Assembly: GCF_037042905.1 (NCBI RefSeq) | Contig: NC_087251.1 | Coordinates: 26,476,001-26,540,000, forward strand | DNA length: 64,000 bases | Source of the DNA: Lytechinus pictus | Lineage: Eukaryota | Direction: 5' to 3' | Part shown: positions 1 to 12,600 of the stretch, piece by piece | Numbering within the stretch: the first letter of the stretch is position 1 | How the letters are laid out: each line of letters starts with the position of its first letter | Position numbers and translations under genes: made by a program | Notes under the pieces: model-generated | What the model saw: only the letters and a program-made list of their open reading frames with translations | Database searches by the model: none | What the model was told of the DNA's origin: nothing

Positions 1-600
1 TCACCAAACAAACTTTGTGACATTGCACAGTATTACAGTTTTAATTGGACTGTACTATATGGGAATTTCCATGCATCTTTTTTTTTTTTTTATAAAGTTT
101 TGGAGGGCTCTTTTATTTCATCGGCGCCCCCCCCCCTGTGTATATTAATTGGGATCTGTAGATGGAAGGAGATGAATTTTAACCAGTTGCCCTTGACCCC
201 ATGCCACCAGAAAGTTATTTGCCACTCTGACATTAAATGTTGACCAGCTGGTTTAATAAAATTGTGTAGCCTAAATGATCAAGGTTGGAGCTCCTACATA
301 AAAATATTATCACACAAATGTCCATTGGACCCTTTCATATTACTGTAAATATCTCATGAATTGTCAGTTCTATAATGTGTCAGTTGGACAAGCAAGCAAA
401 CACAAATTGGGTAATTTCATACCTTTTTTATCAGCAAAACTATTGTAGATTCTCAGGAACATGAATGCAAATGTAGTTAACGCTATCTTAATTTCACATC
501 GGAGAATAAATGGTGAGACACTGAAACTCAAATTATTGGAAGATTTTAAGTTTGTCATGAAATAATTGTCCTTTCAGTGACTTATGCTTGTGAATTTTAG

Positions 601-618
601 GAAGAGCCAGTTCTAAAT
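601..618 (+). CDS. MAX: MAX candidate microexon (18 nt, EEPVLN)
   Basis: ttttAG|GAAGAGCCAGTTCTAAAT|GTAAGT; phase 0/0, in frame with the next exon; begins EE like vertebrate MAX exon 2 (EEQPRFQSA). Confidence 0.65.
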
Positions 619-3600
619 GTAAGTTATTATTTATTGCTCTATTATCAACACAGTTCCCACATATATTCTCCACTTAACCAATAATTTGATTGGTGCTATA
701 TGTATGCTTCAAAGACTTCTTGCTTTTGAAGAGCGGCTGGTCACATGGAATTTCACAGACAAATGGAATGTACTTTAATACATCCCTTGCTAAAAATATC
801 AAGAATGCAAAATTCATTTGGAATGATTTCCTGCATAAACCTGTCATTGTAAGAATATACCGGTACTTCAGAAAGTGCAAGTTTATGTTGTTGTGAAACC
901 TTGAATTGCTGATATACAATGTGCATGTATATCAATGTTATGTGTTTAGCCTCCCTGTATATGGCCAGTAACGTAGATAGTGGGCGTGGCCTATAACTAG
1001 TTCCACCTGTCAGTCATATAATATGTCAGACTTGTTAACCCCTGAAACCTGATGAGGTATGATCAAGGATGATAGAGCTCTGTATACAGCTCTGTATATA
1101 TAGAGGGAGTTATTCCAAAGTCAAGGTTTATCTGTTTGTGTGGGTAACTGTATGCCTACATTGTAGATTTAAAGTATTATGTTCTATGGTTGCTGATAGA
1201 GCAGTTATTTTTCAACACCATTGCCATTGTGATGTAAGTATAAAACCATGAAAATTATTTTTCTACTGGGAATTGTTTTTTCCTGTAGTAGATTCCAAAT
1301 CACTGGTGCCATTTTTTGCAAGTTAGGCCTTTAGGGAGATGGGGGAGGGGGTGGTGCCTTTTTTGACATTTCAGGGGCAGAAACAATCCCTGGATTGCCC
1401 TTACTCCGTGGCCCAGTAACATTTTCTTGTTACCAACTTGTAATGAAGGGTCAATGACAGTGTTTTGTATTAAATTGAGCAAAGAATTGGGTAGCTGGTA
1501 ATGCTGGTTGTTAATTTGTCTCCTTATTCCGTATTCACTACTTTTTGTGCAATAAAGATGCAAATAATCATTGATGATATATTTCCATATGTGATTTTAT
1601 AATATCTGAGAATGAATGGATCTGTTCAAAGTAAGGAGGGTACATTCAGTGCTATTTCAATCACCAAGATATTAAATGCAGTGAAAATCAGACTGTTTAT
1701 GTTACCTGGGGCTCCTTGTCAATTTCAGGAAAAAAATGCAATCCTGGCTTGTCAACGCTCCATTTGTTGTTGACTAATTCAATTTGTGGGTGCACTGAAA
1801 AATAGTTGGCAGGGAAATAGGTCACTGAAATGGGGATCGACCAGTTTACAAACCTTTGAAAACAAAGTCCTTTCGATTGTAAACGTTAAATTTGCCTGCA
1901 ATTTTCCTGACATAGCAACAATTATGGGAACTGGGCAGGCTAGTTGAATATATGCAACTCCCCACTTGGTCCACTAGATACATTTACATGTAGAAGTGGG
2001 AAGGAGTACCGATAAACAAATAATTGCATGGAAAATAGTCCGAGGAGAGTACGGTAATGCATGAAGGCTTAACAATGCTATGATAGACATAAAGGGAGAA
2101 ATCAAAGCTGAGATACCAATCACAGCTTGCTCCATTATTACTGAAACCTTGTTTCCACTTTGGTATGAGATGAAATTTGCTCAGCCTCGTAGTTATGCCC
2201 GTCCCTCACATTAAAAATGAAATTAGATAAAATCTTTTTGCTGGAAAAATTGTAATGGGCAATACAGTATTACATTCAAGGTTAACTGTCATTATTGCAC
2301 ACATGTGCTGGTATTAGTGCTATGCATTAAAAACCTTCCATTATGATCTCTGTTTACACTGCCAATCTATATAGAGATAATTCCACTTATGACCTAATTG
2401 GGGTGGGGGATGGAGGAGGATGGAAGCAGTAATATCCAGTACATTATTTATTATTCTCTCTTTTTCTAATCATGGATTCGACATGCAAAACCTCATGCCC
2501 TTTAAATTTTAGAGTCTATGAAATAACCCATCGCACTTGTTTCTACCAGAGAATAGTCTTCTATACTCTTGGGTACCGGTACTCATAATATTATCGATTG
2601 TTTTACTCAATAGAATTGAACTTGAAATCATCATCATCATTGTTAAACAGTTTGGTTTTTATCATTTCACATTGTAGCATTTACACACAAAGGGCCATTG
2701 TAAGTACGTTCACACATTTTTACATCACCCGATAGTTATTGCTACAATTATATTCTTGAGAGAGCCTGAGAAATTTTACCCCTGCATTGATTTGACCTTA
2801 TGAGGTTGGTTGTACATCAAGAAAAGATATCCTTGTCATTTGTAAGTTCTATTCATTAATTAAACATATTACAGCTGGCAGCAAGCCATTCACACTGAGT
2901 TAGAGGCCGTTCTCATTATGCTTTCTAAAACTAGTTTACTGGAAACCGATTCAGGAAACCACTTTGGAAGATCGCTTTGCTAGCGTTCCCACTTGATCAC
3001 ACGAAAGTGTTTTTCAAAATCACTTCACGTAAAGCGCTCTTGTTGCTATGGAAACGCTCTCAGTGGGGTGACACGTTTCGCGCGAAATTCGAAACCGCAG
3101 CATAGGCATTCTACACCTGTCGTGTGGAGTAGCGCGCTCAAAATGTGCGAAGATCGCTTCCCGAAGAACGGTTGTGTCCTCACTTACGCTAAAACCAGTT
3201 TAACGAGGCAAAGCGATCTTGAAAACTACATCGCGAGGTGGTTTTCCAAACTGGTTTGGAACATCGCTTCCAAGACCGCTTCGACCGTTCTCACTATGCG
3301 TTAAACTAGTTTCCACTAAACTAGTTTCCACTAAACTAGTTTCCACTAAACTAGTTTTAGGAACGTAGTGAGAACAGCCTCATTGAGTCTGATAGAAGGC
3401 CAGTTCATGAATACTATTGTGCGGGTTCAGGGTTATGACAAATTGCCAATTTCCAGTCAAAGTGAATAAATGACATGGAAAATGCATGAAAAGTTTTTTG
3501 TATTGAGTGGATACAATGTACTTATAGGCTTTTATATGATTAGTTCTATAAAACAAGAATAGATTATGAATTATTATGTTTCATTTATGATCAAGGATAT

Positions 3601-6600
3601 CAACCCCTTACACCAAATGTGCATCCTTACATGAGTGTGACAGTTTTTTTTCAAAGGGGCTTGTCTTTCTAAAGTTTTAAGCCTCGCCCACACCTTTGTA
3701 TCCTGGGCTTGCATTCAGTTGCATATTGCCTGAATGCAGGCAATCGCAGCCAAATGCAAAGAAATAAGCTATTGCTTTATAGACTATCGCAGAGGCCTCG
3801 TGTTCTGTCTTGGACGGTAGTTTAAAATTTTCAAAACAAACTGAATGCTATCAAAATTCTTAAGAGCAAAGATGTGTGGCAAGCAGCACGGCTTGATTTA
3901 CATACCTGTAGATCCTTATTAAATATAATTTCTATTGAAAAATTGCAATATACATGTACATACACTATATCCACTAATCCACACCATATTACAGTTTTTG
4001 GACGTATGCATGTTCGTATTAAAGGAAACCAAAACCCAAGAAGAGAAGCAATCTTATTTGAAAGAGTAAAATGAGAGGAACAATAAAAAAAAAGTTTCAT
4101 CAAAATCGGTTATGAAATAAGCAAGTTATGCACGTTTAAAAAGTCTTGTACTTCCTATGGGAATCCTCAAAGTGGCAAATGTGCTTCAAAATGGCTGATT
4201 TTGTGGCCAAGTCTCCATATGTTTTGTACACAAATTTTTAGATTTTCCCCTTTATTTTACATATTTCTCATTATCTCCTCGTACTGTATGTGGTGTGAAT
4301 TATATTTTCCCATGTCATATGTTGTGCTCAAAAGGAGGCAAGATGCAATTTGAAAGATAATGAGGAAAATCTGAAAATTTGTGTACAAAACAAATGGAGA
4401 GTTGTCCACGAAATCAGCCATTTTGAAGCACGTTTGCCAATTTTAGGATCCCCATAGAAAGTACAACAAGAGTTTTCAAACTTCCATAACTTGCTATTTC
4501 ATAACCGATTTTGCTGAAACTTTTTTTTTTAATTTTTCCTCTCATTTTACTCTTAACAATAAGATTGCTTCTCTTCTTGGGTTTTGGTTTCCTTTAATAA
4601 CGATACATGTAGTACATATGCAGGTGTAGTGTTCAAATTTGTAAAAGCAAAGCAAGAAAACCTTTTATATTTGCATGTTAGGAAATTATTTTTATTTTTA
4701 AGGTCTTGTAATAAAGCTGTTGCGATTCACTATCACTTTGCCTAGGTTGTATTTTTCCACTGTCTGTTGAGTTTACTGTGTCAACTGGGTTATACCATGG
4801 ACCTATGAAGAGATGGACGATTAACGCGAGCATTTCTTTGACCCAATGATAGTCACCGTCACCTGGTTATGCGCATCTTAATGAGAACATACAGGTGTTG
4901 TAACAATAGCAATTACCATGACTACCAAGGGTATCTGATCACTCAAAGACGGAACAGTTTCCCGGTCTTGACTTTTGTTGGCTGATCCCCTGTTTCAGTA
5001 TGTGCCTTTCAGTCAATTTGCTTCATATATGGATCAGCAAACTTGAGAAGCAGACGATTTTTATGATATAAAATATGATATTATTCGATCCGCTAACTAC
5101 CGCTCACACATAAGGACCTCAATAACATTGAAAGATACACGATCTACACATGTTATGTGCCACGTATATCTGGAATATTATGGAGAAACTTGGGAAAATT
5201 GAATTTTAAATGGTAAACAATCAATCACAATATTGCCTCTATATCAAAATATGCAGACATTTCCCCAAATAAAACACATGGAACTAAGATTAGCAAAGGT
5301 AAACAAGAACTGCACATCGATTTCCCATGATTTAAGTGATTTTCTATCAACTGCGCATATAATTTGTGAAATATAAATGTCCAATAACGAACTAATTCAG
5401 TCCCTTCTCACGGTGACGATCATAGGACCAAAGAAGACAAGTATGAAGAGAATGTTATTCAGATGACAATTACCGTCACCTGTTAGTGAATTCATTATCT
5501 AAGCGATGAATGTCCATCTCTTCATAGGTCCATGGTTATACATATACAGTATGAATGGTAAATTCATTAGATCTGGTATCTGAACATTTGTACTCACCAT
5601 CTAGCTGGGTTAAATCGTCTGGGCTGTCCCAGTGATATGTCGTTGAGAGCTTGTGAATGCAAACTGCGGAGGTTGGACTAGATATACATTGGATTATTCT
5701 AGGTCCAGCATACAGTATACAGTATGCTCCCTTCATACATATTTGCTAGTATTGAAGATGAAATAGAGAAAAACAATACAGAAAGGAGGCTACTCTTCAA
5801 GAGGCAATGTACCACTAAAGATTAAATTGTGCTTCATTTTATTTAAATTTTGATAGCCCTAAGCTCTATGTGATGTATCTTGATTCCCCCATCATAATTA
5901 ACAGCCCTACCTTTTTGCTTGGGAGGTTGATGTTGGTGATTTTTTTTCATCAAGTGAAGGATTTTTGTTTGCAGGTCTTCATTATTCACTGACATTTTTG
6001 TGGTTGATCATGAACATTTCATATTGCTTGATAAAAGTTTGTTCTGATAATTTTAATTTGACATGCCCATTTTTAATTATTTGATATTTTTGTTGACATG
6101 ATTTTGATGCCTCTTTAGGGGCAATTGTAGTCAATATGATATGTAGTCATTTTCATTCTAAAAATGTAGCTGATATGAATAAATAGAGAAAAATCAAACT
6201 AGCATAACGCTGAAAATTTAATTAAAATTGGATGTAAAATAAGAAAGTTTCGCTTATTTTTCATAAAACAGTGATATGCGCAACTCAGTGACATGCACAT
6301 TAGTCAGTCGATGGTGTCCGTCATTCACTATTTCTTTTGTTTTTATTGTTTGAATTATACAATATTTCATTTTATACAGATTTGACAATAAGGACCACCT
6401 TGACTGAACCATATAGTATTAAAAAATGCTAATTCCACATGTTCAGGGAAGAGAATTAATCGTTGTTTCACTTGACAATGAGGAGAAAATTAGAAAACTT
6501 CATATTTCATAAAATAAAATACAAAAGAAATAGTGAGTGGATGACATCATCAGTCTCCTCATTTGCATACCTACCAGGATGTGCATATAACTGTTTTGTG

Positions 6601-9600
6601 AATTAAGCGAAACTTTGAATTGTCATAACTTTCTTATTTTACATCCGATTTTGATGAAATTTTCAGTGTTATGGTTGTTGGATTTTTCTCTTTTTATTCA
6701 AATAAACTTTTTGGTGGGGTGGACTTGTTCTTTAAGTATATAACGCCAACTCTCCCATTACTTAACAATGACTTTAAATCATAAAGCAGAAGCATTAAGC
6801 AATCTGTGGTTTGGGAATATCCCACATTCCACACAATTGATTCTCAAAACTGTAGTTTACTGGGAATTGCGTCCTTTCAGTTTCAGTATATCCTTTAGCA
6901 GTTCAACTACTTAAGAATGATTTGATTGTACAGTGTATGTGCACATACACATTCAAAGGGGTACTCCAGGCTGAAGTTAATATGATTTGAACAGGTAAAG
7001 AAAAATTAGACAAACAAATCACTGAAAATTTGATCAAAATCGGACAAGGAATAACAAAGTTATGACATTTCAACGTTTTGTATTTTCCGGTGAAACAGAT
7101 CTAGGCATGCCTTCATGAATATTCAATGAGCAAATTACATGTATCCCCACTTGTTCTTTTATATTTTATTAAATTAGGTTTATTCAAACTTTTTCTCAAA
7201 CTTAACAAATTAGATTGACAGCTGATTTAGTGCATTATAATATATATTCATTGCTGCAACTTATTTTATTATCTATAGGCTAAGGGAGACATTATTCACA
7301 CATGTATGAAATAATGAAGGAATTATGATATCATGTAATAACATAAGAAAAAGGAAAGTGGGGATGTGACATAATCAGTACACCTAATGAATATTTATGA
7401 CAACGTGCATGTACTGTAACCCTTTTCATAAAATATTGCTAAACTTTAAAATTCAATAACTTTGTCATTTGTTATCTGATTTTGATGAAATTTTCCACAT
7501 TTTGCTCTGTGAATTTTACTCTATTTATTCAGATATACATGTAAATTTTCCCAGCCCGGAGCATCCCTTTAAACGTTGCAACTAGGAACAAAATGCAAGC
7601 AAGATATATGTACAGTTTGTATTAAAAAACAAAAATCTTATTTGGGTCATAATTGGTCACATTTTTTGTTGTTGAAAATGTTCACTTTGTTGTTCCACAA
7701 GCACAGAGTACATTTATGAAGGATATATTGTGTTGAATGGAAGGTACATGTAAAACAAAAATGAAATAGAAAGACAAATATTTCTGTAATATTTGTAGAA
7801 TTCTGTCATCGTCATTTCTGTCATTTCTTCCATGTTGGTTACTGAAAAACTTGCATGTTCATGTAGTTAGAATGCACATGAATAGATAAGCCAGACCAGA
7901 CATGGTGCAGTATCATCAGATCATATTATGTTTCCATTATGGTAATTATTTCCAGGAATTAGTCACTGTTGGAAATCCTTGATAATCACTGATTGCTCAG
8001 GAAAATTGTGGTCTCAGTATTCACGATCTCTATCAAAACATGTCTTTCATTTAAAGGGTATGTCTGTGATTGAATGAGAGTGAAGTGCTTCATTTACCTG
8101 CAAGACTATATTTGTGATGTTGGCTTTCTTATACACAACTTCAATTGTCTTTGTAATGGATTGTTTTGGAATGATAGATCACACCCTATGTTACCGGTAT
8201 TTGAAAAATACATTGCTGGGTCTGAACTATCTTGGCTATAGACTAGCATGATTAGATGAACGTCCACATGTTCATGCAGAAAGACCCTGGAGGACCCTGG
8301 AGGAGGATGCCATGTTTCCCTGTACAACATTGTATTGTTCAAGTTGCTTGCTGAAGCCAAATTTCCACCTCATATCGCACAGCTACAGAGCTTGTTTGGG
8401 CAAAGAGGATGTCTTGTTGCAGCTCTATATTACATCTTCAAGGAGGAGGGGAAAAGTATCAGTGATTTCTACGTACAGTGTGATGTAATGATACATGGAT
8501 TTTGATATGTTCAAATTGTTTTCTGTATGAAATCTTAGCATGGTTTATGTATTCTAGACTACCCTTAGAATAATCGTTAATACAATATTCCACTGTTCAG
8601 TGGACAATTGTAGATTTATCTTTGTTTTGAATATTTTTATTACTACAGATCATTTAAAATGAAAAGCTGATGGATGAAAATAATTTCCTTTTCCATTTCA
8701 TTTTCTAAGGTCAAGTCACCATAAAGCAAAGATCATTATTCTCAAGTGCCTTATCATTAAATTATGAAAGGAGGGTTGTTATTTCGGATTGAATACTGAC
8801 AAACCCTGGATTGCCAATTTAATGAAATGTTGATGATGATCGATAAATCAACAGAGTAGTCCAGCAGAGAAATAATTTCATTGGAAAGCCAAAATGAACT
8901 GCTGAGCTTTCAAAGGCCTAAAAGACCTGGGAGTAATTACATCAAATTGCAGCAGTGACTGAAAGTCAAAGCGTAACCACTCAACAGTTATAAATATAAT
9001 TCTCTCCCAGTCAGGCGTGACATAAACTGAGACAACAAAATTTTTTTTGGGAGCTTGTCACATGACCCCTTGATGAACCTCAAGTTGGGTCACATCCAGC
9101 TCACAGGTGTAATTTGGCTCTAGGTGACCATGATGACATTAGTCTTCCAACCCCAGACCCTTCAATGTATTTTAAAAAAATTTCCAACATGAAATTAGAA
9201 CAGAGATTCTAACTACCATGTACAATATTGTCTTTAAAAGCTTAGTCACACACGGTTTGCTATTGACTTGTGGTAATGGGCAAGATGGATTTCAAAAAAA
9301 AAAAAAAGATGGCTCACAATGAAAATCTAATAAAGCTGGTATACAGCCCAATACCCTTTTACCTTGCACATACTACGGATAATGATAATCTGATAATCTC
9401 TGTTATGATGACATTACAGATCAAAGCTGTTAGCTTGAGAAAGCAGGGAAGTGCAGATCACTACTTTGTGTCTGATGGGCTAATCTACAATTTAGAAAAA
9501 TTCACTTTGAAGTCTTAATCAATCAGCTACATGTAGCTTTGATATAGCGCATTTCATCTACTTAGATTAGTTACCAGTTCAGGGGAGCACATTACTCCGG

Positions 9601-12600
9601 CTTTAGAAGATTGGTCATTGGACTATTAAGGTAGACTAATCTGACCTCATCCCGAGAAGTAGTAAGGGATGGAGTGGAGCTCCTTGAGTTGACATGTAGT
9701 TTAGTGACAGTGAAACCTTGCCATTGTAATTGGACCATTCATTATTATATTTTGCCTCTCTGTTTCTGTGACCTACATGTATAATATTGGTTGCTATAGG
9801 TCACAGGAGGGGCTGGGTTTGTCACATTGACACAAGAATCTTCAAACCTTCTTGTCACTGTGATTCTTCATCTTCTGCTTCATGCATATTGTAAAGCGTA
9901 CAATTACACTATACATGTAGGCCTGTGTATTATAGCCATTTGGTTCAGCCCCTCAAGACTCCAATTTGCTACATGTTTTTTTTTTTTTTTGTAACAGCCT
10001 TTCTGCAGATATTTACTTCTTGATTTGATGCTGACTTGGCAATATTTTTTTTTTTGGCATAATCTCTGTCTCATGGGGAGATTCCAGCAATGATACGTTA
10101 AAATTTCTCCATTAAAAGCAAATGTTATCTAAATATGATCATTGATATTTTAATTATGAAATGATTATCTTTAAAGTTTAAGTCAGTGACGTAATTGCCC
10201 TCATGTAGATACAATGTATGAAGATGATGGTTAAGCAAGCCATGAAAAAGTGCTGCTTAAAGAATCTTGTGTTTATACATGTATATTAAAGCAGGTTTGT
10301 TTTTAATGGGGTTTTGGCCCCCCCCCCCCCACCAACTTGCGTTTTAGATATTATGCACACATCATTCTACAAGAGAAAAATCTTTGAAAGGGAAGCCATA
10401 TACCCCCAACCACAGGATGAAAATACCAGGTTTTAGGACACACTTTTTACTAATTTACCTTTGAAATGAAAATTCTCAATATCGGGTATTCAGAATAATT
10501 TCTTTATATTAAAATTATAAATTTTGTTTGTTTGTTTTTTTAGGCGGAGAAAAGGGCACATCACAATGCCTTAGAGCGGAAGAGAAGAGACCACATCAAA
10601 GATAGTTTCAGTATGCTAAGAGATTCAGTACCTAACCTACAGGGTGAAAAGGTAAGGAAGAATATGGGTCATTATATCCTTGTGAGTCATAAGAAGAAAG
10701 GGGGTCAAAGTGGTCCAGAACAGTTTTTACTTTCTACTGCTTCTGCATTTTGAGATTATCAGGGTGTTGCAAGATCCTTGTTTGCAGTCAATTTCAAATA
10801 TCAATCATGAATATGCAATTGATCAATTTAAGCTGTTACAAATGTAAAAATCACAGTTAATAATAATAGTAAAGGAGTGATTAAACTTGTAAGTAAATTC
10901 AATTGTGAAACACATTTAAATAAAATGTGAGTAAATTCATCATCTATATAGGGAAGTTTGGTCACACTTTGTTTATTTTCTGTCTGCTCACTGTACCATG
11001 CGATTGTGCAATAGTGCAGAAGTAAGGTCAAACAATTGACCAACCATGGCAAGCTCTTTTTACTGTAATTTTGACAAGTTACCAATTTAGCTCAAGGTTG
11101 GTGAAGAAATCGGTATCACTTTTGCAATAGCGGGTGACTTGCATTTGGGATTTTAAAAATGTCTGCCTCTTACAAGATGACTGAAAAGGTGAAACGAGTA
11201 AATGAATTGATGTGTGGGGAATTCCAAAAAAAAAAGAGCCTACGTGAGAGCCAATGTGTGACAGAACTTTGGTACTGTGGATTACATGTACATATTCATT
11301 ATTGTTCTGCATTGAAAAGTATAATGTCTGAAATAATAAAATTAAGTTGTAGGGGCTCAATTGTGTTTTAATGAGACACTGACAAATTGGTGGATATACT
11401 TCTGTAGTATTGGATGATGGGTATTATACACCATAATACCCATCCTCTTTCTGATACAATGTCTATTTTACAAAAAAAGGTATTAAATGATAGACCAAAA
11501 AATGAAGGAAATATTAATGTGTTTTCATTGCTGTGTACCGTGTAGTGATTACAAGACTATGTGTATTGAAATAAATCATTCTTTTTTTCTTCCTCACTTC
11601 ACAGGCATCCAGAGCGCAGATTCTTAATAAAGCAACAGATTACATTGAATTCATGAGGAGGAAAAATAACTCGCATCAAACCGATATCGATGACTTGAAA
11701 AAGCAAAACCAAACGTTAGAACAACAAAGTGAGTACATTATCTTGGCATCTATCTGGTTTGTATGCAGTGAGTTGTTCCACCGAACACTGAATAAGTCAG
11801 CCAAATTACTTTTGTATATCAATTATTTTAATGCATATCCCAGACTTTATAAAGAAATGGTAAAAAGTTGTCATTTATAGTTGGAGGCTCAGTCAAGCAT
11901 ACAAGGCCTGTTGAAAATACAAGTACTCAGGAGTGTGATAAAATGGTCTCAGAAAACTGCTTGTGTCTCATTTTTGTTTAATTTCACAATTTCTTTCATG
12001 TTTTCTGACAGTATGTGAAGGAAGCATTGCTTTTTACAGATTTATTTATGTTATTTATTTTGATTTTAGGAGCCCTTATAACCATTTTTGTGTTATTATT
12101 TTGACATTCATCTTGCGTTTTTTTTTGTTTTCTTGATGAACAGATCAATATATACTGATCATAATTGCATTAGGTTTTTCCATCAAAAGTGAGAAACTAC
12201 ATCCAATCCCATAATGTCTTTAAGAGCATATTATTGTATACATGTATTTCTATAGCCTATTTAAACTATTTGACCGCAAAGATCTTATACTAAGTGACAA
12301 ACAGCAAATTGAAGTTAACAAAACTTTCTTGAAAGGGAATAGTCAGATTTGTCCTTTCCCCTTCAATGGAGATGAGATAAATTCTTTATTTGTACGATCT
12401 GATCTTTTTTGTGAGCAGTATGACCCGATTTGACCTTTCTCCCATGTAGTGGTCAATATAAAGTGGGTAGACAAATCTCACCAATTCAGAGGGTTGAAAA
12501 TTGGGAATGTAGGAATTTCAAGTTGATATGGCTGATCTCAAAATAGCAGTTGCAAACACAGACACACGTACACAAACAGAAAATTAGCCTACATGTAATT

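Noticed and set aside
3303..3358. Short direct repeats resembling a CRISPR array
   Set aside because: No spacers, eukaryotic context, inside a MITE terminus.
11416..11444. 12-bp perfect hairpin GATGGGTATTAT/ATAATACCCATC
   Set aside because: Too short for a pre-miRNA; small inverted duplications are common in this window.
11729..11880. ORF continuing past the MAX exon donor as a truncated-MAX isoform
   Set aside because: Strong GTGAGT donor at 11729 and the downstream residues show no MAX similarity; ordinary read-through into the intron.
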